Of a stretch of DNA of 64,000 nucleotides, positions 19,437 to 28,473 are shown one piece after another. Below the pieces are notes generated by a model. The model was not told where the DNA came from, made no database searches, and saw only the letters and a program-made list of their open reading frames with translations. This stretch comes from Chthonomonadales bacterium. GTDB lineage: Bacteria > Armatimonadota > Chthonomonadetes > Chthonomonadales > CAJBBX01. Where the stretch lies: contig JBBIPC010000001.1 of NCBI GenBank assembly GCA_037443035.1, positions 256,001 to 320,000 on the forward strand, given 5' to 3'. Each line of letters starts with the position of its first letter. Positions within the stretch are counted from its first letter, which is position 1. A program made the position numbers and the translations under genes.

Positions 19437-20605
19437 CGTTTGCTAAGCAGCAGAGTCACGGGCACGTCCGCGGCATCACCACGGATCGTCACAGGTAGCC
19501 AGCGTGCTGTTCGGACGTTCCACACCTGCGAGCCGTCATCGAGACGCTGCAAGGCCGGTTCCGCCACAACGTATCGCTTTCCTCGAGCTTGTACCTCCAC
19601 GCACCATTGCCCAGCCGGTACGTAGATCCATTGCGGCCCGTCTGAGCTTAGACGGTACGACGGCCGAGCTTGTGCGCCAACCCACCGCTCATATGCTGCG
19701 AGAAAGTCCGTGCCCGAAGGCTCCCTCGACGCTCTCGAAGGAAGGTAGACGAGCAATTCCTGAAGCGTAGTCGGTGCATGCACCCTGCACGCGTACAGCA
19801 ACAGGGCAGTGGCCTCATCCATACCGCGCTTGCTGGCAGCCCGAATCAGCTCGCGATTCGGTCCCTTCGAAAGCAGTCTATTGACGAGCGCATCCGGTTG
19901 CTTTGCGCAGTAGTCCTCGATCTCGGACGGTGTTCCGAATGGCAGAGATTCCCGACTAAGCGTTCCAGCGGCGATGTCGTCTCGAAACCAACTCAAGAAC
20001 AGACGCTCCCCCAGGATACCATTGGCCCACGACTCGGGCTCTGTGTAACCCGATGGTCCGGGAAGCACGAAGTGCCCGAGCTCGTGGGCAAGCATGCGTA
20101 TCCACTCGAGACCGCCTCGGTCGGCGGTGGCATCGTAGATGTAAAGGTTCCGTCGGGTCTGTTGTGCCGCACCCCCACCCTGATCGCGGCATAGCCATAC
20201 GTCGAGCGGCGCCATGCGCAGTCGGGCGTTGAGGCTCCCGAGGCGCTGATCGCACATTGCCCACAACATGCCCAGCGCACGCCCAACCCGTCTCGCCAGC
20301 GGTTCCATGTCATCGCCCTGGTAGTGCACCGAAAAGCGGCGGACGTAGCTCTCTCCCTTCTGGGCGAGAACGTCTACGTGGTTGCGGAACGTCCGCCCTT
20401 CCTCTGGGTCGCTAAGAGGGCGATGTTCGACCATCCTGTCCTTCGCGACCAGGATGGCAAGTCCATAGGCTATGCGGTCCAGGACGATGTACTCCTGGCC
20501 AATTGCTGGTTCCTGTACCTGCGCCGGAACCGCCAAACAGAGGCTGAGCGTGGCAGCCACCGTTAGGAAGAGTCCTGGTCGATCTGCTCGGATGCGGTGG
20601 AACAT
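19433..20605 (-). CDS. Secreted hypothetical protein with an HExxH motif (possible zinc peptidase)
   Basis: N-terminal signal-like segment; LAHELGH followed by W-A-N-G...E; stop overlaps the DUF58 start. Confidence 0.6.
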   Translation of the reverse strand: MFHRIRADRPGLFLTVAATLSLCLAVPAQVQEPAIGQEYIVLDRIAYGLAILVAKDRMVEHRPLSDPEEGRTFRNHVDVLAQKGESYVRRFSVHYQGDDMEPLARRVGRALGMLWAMCDQRLGSLNARLRMAPLDVWLCRDQGGGAAQQTRRNLYIYDATADRGGLEWIRMLAHELGHFVLPGPSGYTEPESWANGILGERLFLSWFRDDIAAGTLSRESLPFGTPSEIEDYCAKQPDALVNRLLSKGPNRELIRAASKRGMDEATALLLYACRVHAPTTLQELLVYLPSRASREPSGTDFLAAYERWVGAQARPSYRLSSDGPQWIYVPAGQWCVEVQARGKRYVVAEPALQRLDDGSQVWNVRTARWLPVTIRGDAADVPVTLLLSKR

Positions 20606-20611
20606 TGCGAG

Positions 20612-20619
20612 ATAATACC
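20612..20619 (-). promoter_or_regulatory. -10 element (GG-TATTAT) 6 nt upstream of ATG 20605; likely leaderless transcript
   Basis: Minus strand reads aGGTATTATctcgcaATG. Confidence 0.45.
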
Positions 20620-20747
20620 TAGGGGCGCCGTATAGGACAAGTGAGACGCCGCAAGGCGCACGCGTTGATGCCGTTGGGACGCGGGTTACGTCTGTATGTA
20701 TGAGGTACCATCGAGTGACGAGCGGCGTAGATCACAGAGCACGGCTA

Positions 20748-21947
20748 ATGAACACACGAGCACAGAGTTCGCGCTGGATTCACGGCATCCTGGCAGCTCT
20801 GGTCGGGTGTTCTCTGCTCTTCGGTGCAGCGGCGGTCCGTGCGGATGGCGAAGCAGAGGATGCTGAGATTCGGCTGGGCAAAGAGAGCGCCGCTGAGCAC
20901 GACAAGCAGGCGAAGTTCGTCACGGACAAGGAGTTGCTGGACCGCGTTACGCGGATCGGTGAAGAGATCGCTGCAGTAGCCAACTCCGAAGCGGTGCCGG
21001 TGTTGTGGGGACGCCCCGGCGTCAAGAAGTTCCCATATACCTTCAAGATTGTGGACGAGAAAGACGTCAACGCCTACTCCATGCCTGGCGGCTTCATCTA
21101 CGTGAATCGTGGCCTTCTGGACTTCGCCAAGTCGGACGACGAGCTGGCTGGTGTACTGGCCCACGAAATCGCTCACGCTGCGCATCACCATATGATGAAG
21201 CTCATTGCCGAACAGGACAAGATCCAGTGGGCTGCTCTGGGACCGGCGCTGATTTCCATCCTGCTCGGAAAGGGTGGCAGCGAGACCACCTCCGACCTGT
21301 TGTTGGCTGGTCAGCTCTACACCATCGCGAAGATGAACACGTACGGTGTGGAAGCCGAGCGTGACGCAGACCAGGCAGCCGTCTACTACCTCCAGAAAAC
21401 GCGATACAATCCTGTTGGACTGCTAACGTTCATCGAACGCCTTGCCAGGCAGGAGCGTCTGCGTCCCGAGGTGGAGCTGGGTATCTACCGTACGCACCCT
21501 CCCACGATTGAACGTGCGCAGGCACTGATTCGTCTGCTCACACAACAAGGCATACCCATCAACAGGCGCGAAGTGGATCCGAGCATTGGCGCGAAGGTCG
21601 AACTGGTCTCCCAAGGCAGCGCAGTCTATGCGGACGTCACCATGAACGGCACCCGCATCGTTCGTCTCGCTGCCGATGGCACCAAGAGTGCGGAGGAACG
21701 TGCACGAGCGGTGGCTAAGTCGGTCAACACCCTCTTTGACAACAATCTCCTTGCCTTCGACTTGACCCTTAGCACCGATAAGACCAGGGTACTCGCGCAG
21801 CGTCGTACGCTCATCACTGTCACCGACGCAGATGCCCACGCCGCCGGCATGTCTGTGCGGGAAACGGCGCAGGGCGCCCTGGACGCCCTGCGCAACCTCC
21901 TATGGCAAGATCAGTTCAACAAGACGCCACTTGCCTCGGCGGGCTGA
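20748..21947 (+). CDS. M48 family metalloprotease (BepA-like), secreted
   Basis: Signal peptide, VNAYSMPGGFIYV, ELAGVLAHEIAH, ERDAD, THP...ER. Confidence 0.92.
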   Translation: MNTRAQSSRWIHGILAALVGCSLLFGAAAVRADGEAEDAEIRLGKESAAEHDKQAKFVTDKELLDRVTRIGEEIAAVANSEAVPVLWGRPGVKKFPYTFKIVDEKDVNAYSMPGGFIYVNRGLLDFAKSDDELAGVLAHEIAHAAHHHMMKLIAEQDKIQWAALGPALISILLGKGGSETTSDLLLAGQLYTIAKMNTYGVEAERDADQAAVYYLQKTRYNPVGLLTFIERLARQERLRPEVELGIYRTHPPTIERAQALIRLLTQQGIPINRREVDPSIGAKVELVSQGSAVYADVTMNGTRIVRLAADGTKSAEERARAVAKSVNTLFDNNLLAFDLTLSTDKTRVLAQRRTLITVTDADAHAAGMSVRETAQGALDALRNLLWQDQFNKTPLASAG

Positions 21948-21954
21948 CCCGGGG

Positions 21955-23262
21955 CTAGACGTCCTGGAGCCGGCCTTCCAGATAAGCCTCGTAGCTGGAC
22001 AAGTCCAGCATGCCATGCCCACTCAGACCGACGAGGATGACCCGCTTCTGACCTGCCTCGCGAGCCGCTTTGGCCTCGTCCATGGCAGCTGCCACCGCGT
22101 GCGCCGATTCCGGAGCGGGCAGAATGCCTTCCGCCCGCGCGAACTGGACCGCTGAGGCAAAAACATGAGTCTGCGGTAGGGCGATGGCCTCGATGAGCCC
22201 AAGCCGGTGCGCGTGGCTCACCATGGGTGCCATGCCGTGGTACCGCAATCCCCCGGCGTGTATCGAGGGCGGCATGAAATCGTGCCCCAGCGTCTCCATC
22301 ATGAGGAGCGGCGTCATACCGGCGGTGTCGCCGTGGTCGTATCGGAACTCGCCCCGCGTCATGGACGGACACGCCGTTGGTTCGACCGCGACAATGCGAT
22401 AGTTCGCTCCCTGCTTCAGCTTCCGCTCGATGAAGGGGAACACAAGACCAGCGAAATTGCTGCCGCCACCCACGCATCCGAAAATGACGTCCGGTGCCTC
22501 TCCCGCCAGCTCCATTTGCTTGATGCTCTCCTGCCCAATGACCGTCTGGTGGAGCAGCACATGGTTCAAGACGCTCCCAAGGGAGTACTTCGTTGCCTGG
22601 GATGTGACAGTATCCTCGATGGCTTCACTGATGGCTATGCCCAGACTGCCCGGACAGTCGGGGTCTTGCTCCAGGACTCTCCGGCCATACTGCGTGTGAT
22701 CACTCGGGCTTGCGTAGACAGTCGCACCCCATGTATGCATGAGCATCTTTCGGTACGGCTTCTGGTTGTAACTCACCTTGACCATGTAGACGGTGCATTC
22801 CAGATCGAAGAGGCTGCACGCTAGCGCCAGCGAAGATCCCCATTGACCAGCACCCGTCTCGGTGGCTAGTCGCTTCGTTCCGGCCACCTTGTTGTAGTAA
22901 GCCTGTGCAACGGCAGTGTTCGGCTTGTGACTCCCGGCCGGGCTCACACCTTCGTACTTGTAGTAGATGTGGGCGGGGGTATCGAGTGCACGCTCCAGGC
23001 GAACGGCTCGCAGCAGCGGCGTTGGTCTCCAGAGCGCGTACACGTCACGTACGGGTTCGGGTATCTCCACCCACCGGTCCGGGCATACCTCTTGCATGAC
23101 GAGGTTTTCCGGAAAGATGGCCGTAAGATCGCCGGGACCCACTGGCTGTTTGGTGGCCGGATGCAGCGGCGGGGGGATAGGCTCAGGCAGGTCCGCGTTC
23201 AGGTTGTACCACGCCTTCGGTACGTCGGAACTGCTGAGGAGGAAGGAGGTAGGAGAGGTCAT
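21955..23262 (-). CDS. trpB2: TrpB-like PLP-dependent enzyme (tryptophan synthase beta chain type 2)
   Basis: [17 protein letters not shown] (PLP Lys), [38 protein letters not shown]. Confidence 0.95.
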   Translation of the reverse strand: MTSPTSFLLSSSDVPKAWYNLNADLPEPIPPPLHPATKQPVGPGDLTAIFPENLVMQEVCPDRWVEIPEPVRDVYALWRPTPLLRAVRLERALDTPAHIYYKYEGVSPAGSHKPNTAVAQAYYNKVAGTKRLATETGAGQWGSSLALACSLFDLECTVYMVKVSYNQKPYRKMLMHTWGATVYASPSDHTQYGRRVLEQDPDCPGSLGIAISEAIEDTVTSQATKYSLGSVLNHVLLHQTVIGQESIKQMELAGEAPDVIFGCVGGGSNFAGLVFPFIERKLKQGANYRIVAVEPTACPSMTRGEFRYDHGDTAGMTPLLMMETLGHDFMPPSIHAGGLRYHGMAPMVSHAHRLGLIEAIALPQTHVFASAVQFARAEGILPAPESAHAVAAAMDEAKAAREAGQKRVILVGLSGHGMLDLSSYEAYLEGRLQDV

Positions 23263-23302
23263 CTAACGTCCGTCCTTTTCAGGAGAGATACGATCCAAAT
23301 TC

Positions 23303-23332
23303 ATTATAGCGCCCTGGGCCACTGTCCGTCAA
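23303..23332 (-). promoter_or_regulatory. Sigma70-type promoter of trpB2
   Basis: Minus strand TTGACG-N18-TATAAT. Confidence 0.7.
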
Positions 23333-23467
23333 ATGCTTGGTCGGTGACGGCGGCACTATCGTATGCTTGACTGCGTACGTATAGGAGCGCGTGGCGCCGC
23401 GAAGCTGCTAAGGTACACTTCTTATTCGGTATTCCTCACATCCAGCGATCGCTTACCAGGACATCTC

Positions 23468-25471
23468 GTGGAAGACAACGCTAGCCGAGCTTTGCAGACT
23501 CTGCGCAACCTGCGCCAACAGTACGCCTCTACCCCGTTCTTGGCACTGGGTCAGACGGTCTGGTGGGACGAGCCGATGAAAGCCGTCTTGACGGTGCTGC
23601 TCCGACGCGCGGGTGTAAACGGGGCGTTCGTGCTTGGCGTCCATGACACCGACTACTTCGCGAAGCTGCACACCCGTCTTCCTGGTGAGGCGCGGTTCTC
23701 CCTATTGCCGCACAACGATGGGACGACGAGGGATCTGTGGTCCGCAGCAGGCGAGATCGCGCAGCTTTTCGGCAGCGAGTGCTTTCCTACGCGTCACGAC
23801 CTCACGAGAAGTGGCACCCCACTGAGGGCCCTGGCGGCGCATGCAGGTGTGGATCTGCAGGAGTTCCTCAACCAGCACACGGCTGCATGGGGGTGGCGCG
23901 GTCTTGTCTACACGGGTTCCCGTGACACCGTGGTGTGCGAACTGAAGCTTTCCGATATCCTCCCCGGCATCCGTTCGATGCTCGAGTATGGCTTCAACAA
24001 CACAGTCGCCGCCATCGAGACACGTGACGTGGCACGGCAGGCGCAGCTCTATGCGAACGACCTGATGGAGAGTGCTTGCGAGTGTTGCACGAAGCAGCCT
24101 GAGGCTACGCTAACCACACTCTACCGGCATATGTACCCCCGCATGTTCCGTCTGCTGCTTGGTGATGAGTGTCCGGAGTACCAGGTGACCAGCACTTCTG
24201 AGCTGCTACGCTTCGGACCAGATACTGCTGGCTTGCCGCGTTTTCGCTTGCTGGACGTCTTCCTTCGTCCGGATACGCGCGCCATCGCCGAAGAAGCGTA
24301 CAACGATGCCGTGGCCGGCAGCGAGATGTATGCCCTCCCGAAGTTCGGTCTCGGTGCTCTGCCCTTTGACCTCGTTGTGCCTGGCATCGGACGTGGAACC
24401 CTTCGCGTCACTCTCCGTGCTGTGCACATCGAGATGCCCGAGCCCCGACGCATCCGCACCGTTAGGCCCGTGCAAGATGCCAAGACACTCGCGGCGGTGC
24501 TTCGGGAGCACTTCGGAAGAGATGTAATCCTCGTGGGCAAGGCGGTAACGCTGATTTCCATGCTGGCCTCCGAGTTCATCTTTGTGTTCAACGAGGAAGG
24601 GTCGGCGTATGTGACACGGACGCGTCACATGAACGATTTCCTGCAATCCCACGGGGTTCGCGTAGCGGTCCATCCGGTCCTCCGGCTCCACTATCGAACA
24701 TGGGACTCCGCTGCCGGCGTAGCTACGGAGGTGCGTCTTCCGGAGCCGATGCGTGGTCCCTTTGCAGCGAGCAGCATGAGCATGGACCGCTTCGGCCGCG
24801 TGTGGCGGCAGGTTGTCGAAGATCAGAAGCGTCTGCTAGATTCGCTCGCGGCGGTACGCAGCCCCCGGCGTCTCCTGGAGATATTCTGCGAGCGTTCTCC
24901 GGGGCAATGGCGGTGTCCGGCAAGACGTCATTCGGACCTAACGCAGCGGCTGGTCGCATTGGCGGAGGAATGGGGCAAGCTGCAGGCGGTGGCCAGACGC
25001 CTGTATGCAGAACTCCGTGAGGCGCGGCTGGAGATCGCCCGCATCGAGAAGGAGCGTGGCCAGCACTTCCGGTCGGTCGCCGAATGGACGCCGGAGCACA
25101 TTGCTCGTCGTGAAGCGCTTGGAGCGGAACTCGCTCGGCTGCACGAGCGACGTCGCGTTGTGCAACAGCAGTTGCGCACGAATCAGCTTCAAAGAGTTGC
25201 ATGGGGACGGCAACCTGACATTCAGCAACTGCGGGCGGAACGTCGGAAGATCCAACTAGAGGCCGAACAGGCACGTCTGGAGTTGGTCCGCGACGCACTC
25301 CTTACCGCGCGAGGTCTTCCCCACGCTGATCACCGACCGTCCGCATGGTGGTTACCGTTCGTGGACCCGTCGGGCGGTTGGTTCCGCCGCGTGGTAGATA
25401 CTGCCGAAGTCTACGTCCAGCCCCTCGTCAGCGGTGAGGTCTCAGACGGGTCCCATGTGGAGGCCCCATGA
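23468..25471 (+). CDS. Hypothetical protein with a C-terminal coiled coil (possible remote BshC-like ligase)
   Basis: Long ORF; GTG 23468 with an AGGA RBS preferred over 23363. Motifs LALGQTVWWDEPMK and GVHDTDYF; a long heptad-rich segment near the C-terminus. Confidence 0.7.
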   Translation: MEDNASRALQTLRNLRQQYASTPFLALGQTVWWDEPMKAVLTVLLRRAGVNGAFVLGVHDTDYFAKLHTRLPGEARFSLLPHNDGTTRDLWSAAGEIAQLFGSECFPTRHDLTRSGTPLRALAAHAGVDLQEFLNQHTAAWGWRGLVYTGSRDTVVCELKLSDILPGIRSMLEYGFNNTVAAIETRDVARQAQLYANDLMESACECCTKQPEATLTTLYRHMYPRMFRLLLGDECPEYQVTSTSELLRFGPDTAGLPRFRLLDVFLRPDTRAIAEEAYNDAVAGSEMYALPKFGLGALPFDLVVPGIGRGTLRVTLRAVHIEMPEPRRIRTVRPVQDAKTLAAVLREHFGRDVILVGKAVTLISMLASEFIFVFNEEGSAYVTRTRHMNDFLQSHGVRVAVHPVLRLHYRTWDSAAGVATEVRLPEPMRGPFAASSMSMDRFGRVWRQVVEDQKRLLDSLAAVRSPRRLLEIFCERSPGQWRCPARRHSDLTQRLVALAEEWGKLQAVARRLYAELREARLEIARIEKERGQHFRSVAEWTPEHIARREALGAELARLHERRRVVQQQLRTNQLQRVAWGRQPDIQQLRAERRKIQLEAEQARLELVRDALLTARGLPHADHRPSAWWLPFVDPSGGWFRRVVDTAEVYVQPLVSGEVSDGSHVEAP

Positions 25472-26404
25472 GCTCGCCAGTTCCTTACCCAGGCTTTCGA
25501 GCTTCGTTCTCTCCTCGGCGCTGAGCGGCTTGAAGGACTTCGCAACCAGCACTGCCTGCCGCACTTGTTCGACCGACGTGAAGCCAATAACTGCAGCCGC
25601 GACACCGGGTACGTCGAGGGCGTAGCGGATTGCGTCGTTGACGAGTTCTTGCGGAGTAATGCACGGTACGGGCTTCCGGTAGTTGAAGCCGGGCACGCCA
25701 CCGAGCACCTTCATGGCGACGATACCAGCTTTCTGCTTGCGCGCCTCGGGCAGTACCTTGGTCTCATAGCCATATGTATGCTGGTCCACGAAATTCATGG
25801 CCGGCATAACGACGTCAATCGCGCCGGTACGCAGGGCTGCTGCCATCTTCTCGACCCGTTGATGGCCGCTTGCACCTATGAAGCGAAGCCACCCTCTCTT
25901 GCGAGCTTCCTCGAGACCGGCGAGAGGACTGTCCTGGTCCTGCAGCCTTTCCACATCGAAATCGCCGATGTTGTGCAGATGGACGAGGTCCACACGATCC
26001 GTTTGTAGCAGCCGAAGGCTCTCTTCGACGGTCTTCAGTACTGCGTTGCGAGACATACCACGTGTCTTCGTGGCGATGAACAGGCGGGAGCGGTTCCGAC
26101 GAACGATCGGCCCCAAGCGCTCCTGCGCGACGTCGTAGATCGTTGCCGTATCGAGATAGTTGATGCCGAGATCGAGCGCCTCGCCGACCACGCGATCGAA
26201 GACTTCCTGCGGCTGGAAGCTATGCCCCAGCGGAGCAGAGCCGAAGCCGATAATCGAGACCCGTTGGCCAGTACGACCAAGTACGCGGCGAGGCATCGCC
26301 TTCGATAGCACACCTTGGACCTCGGTGTCGCCAGCAGCAAGTCCTGCGGCAACGGCAGCGACGGCACCGGTGACGAACTGCCGACGAGTTATCTCTCGAA
26401 CCAT
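25442..26404 (-). CDS. Aldo/keto reductase with a twin-arginine-like N-terminus
   Basis: ITRRQFV + hydrophobic stretch; RVLGRTG, YLDTATIY, ATK, SLRLLQTDRVDL, RFIGASGH, AMKVLGG. Confidence 0.92.
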   Translation of the reverse strand: MVREITRRQFVTGAVAAVAAGLAAGDTEVQGVLSKAMPRRVLGRTGQRVSIIGFGSAPLGHSFQPQEVFDRVVGEALDLGINYLDTATIYDVAQERLGPIVRRNRSRLFIATKTRGMSRNAVLKTVEESLRLLQTDRVDLVHLHNIGDFDVERLQDQDSPLAGLEEARKRGWLRFIGASGHQRVEKMAAALRTGAIDVVMPAMNFVDQHTYGYETKVLPEARKQKAGIVAMKVLGGVPGFNYRKPVPCITPQELVNDAIRYALDVPGVAAAVIGFTSVEQVRQAVLVAKSFKPLSAEERTKLESLGKELASSWGLHMGPV

Positions 26405-26407
26405 GGT

Positions 26408-27499
26408 TTACCTTCCCGCCCTGCGCCGAATTCGCTCGATCTCGTCTTCTGTAATGGCACGCTCGAAAGACCTGAAACCGGCCAGGGCGAAGCCGTGTTT
26501 GGCGCATATAGAACCGATGTCATCCACCTGTCGAACCGTCACGTCCTTGCCGAGCGTGAACGACTCGAGCCGGCCCTCCAGCGCCAGTCCCATAGTCTCG
26601 GACATGCAAGCATACGCCGTACCTTGCGGAAAGCCGAAGCTGAAAGGTTGGTCGGTTCCGACCTTCACGCATTCCATGGCCCCAGGAACCCGTACGACAC
26701 CGCCCTCGATCACGAGTACATCGTCTCGCTCTCGTGCGACTCTTACGGACACGTCCCGCGGCCGTGCCACGTCACATACTACAGCGCCGCGCTTCAGGTG
26801 ATGCGGCTCGACAATAGCATCGGCGGCACTGCTCACGGCTATCACTACGTCGGCATCTCGCAATCCGTCTCCAACATCAGTATGCGTACTCACCGTCGCG
26901 GTGCCGCATGACAATAACCGTCGCTCTACTGGGACGAGCCGCTCCTCGCTACGACCAACGAGGCACACACGCCGGGCGTGCCTAGCCAGTATCTCAGCGC
27001 ACGTAGCGCCAATGGAACCGCTGGCTCCCACTATCGCGACTGTGGCCGTCTCCATGTCTATCCCCATCAGCGCTGCCGCGCGTTCGGCTCCTTCGATGGC
27101 TGTCGCAACTGTGTACGAATTGCCTGTAGTAACCGCGATATGCAGACGCTGAGCGAGTGTGATGCCACCATCACCCACGACGGATGTGAAGGCACCGAGC
27201 CCGATGATCTTCGCACCAAGGTTCTCGGCGATGTGGCCGCATTGCTCCATACGGCCGTAGACGAACTCCGTCGGCAGCTCGAGAAACTGCCGCGGCGACA
27301 ACGGGCAGCCTATCAGCCAGCCATGCGTCTCGGTGCCAGTCGCGGACCGGATGCCGCGTAACTCGGCGACAGTCTCCGGAGAACGTAGTTTCAGCAACCA
27401 CTCGAGCACACGTTCCGGCAGCAAGCCAAGCATGGGGTACTTGCGCGCTACGTCCCTGCGGACATCGATGGGATGGATGATGAAAGCAAAGGGATTCAT
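26408..27499 (-). CDS. Acyl-ACP reductase-like NAD(P)-dependent oxidoreductase (COG5322-type, often labelled shikimate dehydrogenase)
   Basis: FAFIIHP, LGAFTS, TTGNSYT, Rossmann GASGSIG, DVARPRD, EGGVV and AYACMSE, matching the motif series of cyanobacterial AAR. Confidence 0.8.
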   Translation of the reverse strand: MNPFAFIIHPIDVRRDVARKYPMLGLLPERVLEWLLKLRSPETVAELRGIRSATGTETHGWLIGCPLSPRQFLELPTEFVYGRMEQCGHIAENLGAKIIGLGAFTSVVGDGGITLAQRLHIAVTTGNSYTVATAIEGAERAAALMGIDMETATVAIVGASGSIGATCAEILARHARRVCLVGRSEERLVPVERRLLSCGTATVSTHTDVGDGLRDADVVIAVSSAADAIVEPHHLKRGAVVCDVARPRDVSVRVARERDDVLVIEGGVVRVPGAMECVKVGTDQPFSFGFPQGTAYACMSETMGLALEGRLESFTLGKDVTVRQVDDIGSICAKHGFALAGFRSFERAITEDEIERIRRRAGR

Positions 27500-27552
27500 G
27501 GACAATCTTGCTCAGTTCCCTGTAGAGACGCGCGTACCGGTTCTAGCCACGA

Positions 27553-28473
27553 TCACTGCCCGGAAGCACGGTCCGAGAGCACTCGGATGCTTGGTCGCCA
27601 GCCGAGGGACTTGAGTGTACCCAAGTACTGCTCGGGGGTCAATTCCTCAGGCTTTCGACCAAGCAGTACCACGAGTACTGCTTCCATGACGTTTGTGGCA
27701 AATGCCTCGCCGCCAATCTCGGGTGTCGTGGTTACCAGCGTCCTCACCCCGCGCTGGCGGAGCATGTCAGTCTCGGCCTGTCTGCTGGACTGTGTGAGAA
27801 TGATCTTGCCGTCGAGACGCTCTGGCATGTACCGACGGATGATATGCCAGTCACCGGCGATCACATCGGCCCAATCGAAGTACCGGCTGAAGCGTGGAGT
27901 GTTCACTTCCTGGCGGGCCCCAGTGGGATAGATCCACTCGATAGGCATGCGCACGACCAGAGGTAGCGCAAGACTGGCGAGCCTCTGAAGCGTCTTCCAG
28001 TTGCGTATCGGTATGGGTATCCCCAGTCCGTAGAGAAGATCCCCGAACACGACGGACCGCGCCCTGCTTGCCAGGGTTTCGGCCATGCCAAAGCGGTCCA
28101 CGGCCGATACCAGCAGAACGTTGGACCTGGGGAAGTCAACGACACCTTGCTCATCCAGATACAGGACGGTCTCCCGCTCCAGAGTGTTCTTCAGTCCACT
28201 TCCGTCCACCCATGGCGTCCTACGAGCACCTGCCATGAGCCGTAGCGTCTCCCGGAAAGCGTAGCGGCGCGTCCCGGCGTAGAGGTAGGCGTCGGTCCCA
28301 CCCACACCGAAGCAGTCCACCTTTCCGTCCAGCTCTGCTACGAGTCGAGCGAACTTGCGCTTGTCGCCATCGGTACCAATGCGAGCTATCTCGAACTCCA
28401 GACCGCCGATGGTGCTGGTCACTGTCTTGTCACGTCGGGAGGTCCCGAGGCTAACGCTTACCACCCGTTTCAT
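27553..28473 (-). CDS. Conserved hypothetical alpha/beta protein (family often auto-labelled quinate 5-dehydrogenase)
   Basis: VVSVSLG, RIGTDGD, DGKVDCFGVGG, VDGSGLKNTLER, SAVDRFGMA, FATNVMEA; no canonical GxGxxG; ATGA-coupled to the upstream gene. Confidence 0.7.
   Translation of the reverse strand: MKRVVSVSLGTSRRDKTVTSTIGGLEFEIARIGTDGDKRKFARLVAELDGKVDCFGVGGTDAYLYAGTRRYAFRETLRLMAGARRTPWVDGSGLKNTLERETVLYLDEQGVVDFPRSNVLLVSAVDRFGMAETLASRARSVVFGDLLYGLGIPIPIRNWKTLQRLASLALPLVVRMPIEWIYPTGARQEVNTPRFSRYFDWADVIAGDWHIIRRYMPERLDGKIILTQSSRQAETDMLRQRGVRTLVTTTPEIGGEAFATNVMEAVLVVLLGRKPEELTPEQYLGTLKSLGWRPSIRVLSDRASGQ

Noticed and set aside
26408..28473. Shikimate/quinate dehydrogenase pathway or cyanobacterial-type alkane synthesis
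   Set aside because: AroE substrate-binding motifs (SxSP, NVTxPxK, NTD) are absent, and no aldehyde-deformylating oxygenase is in the window.
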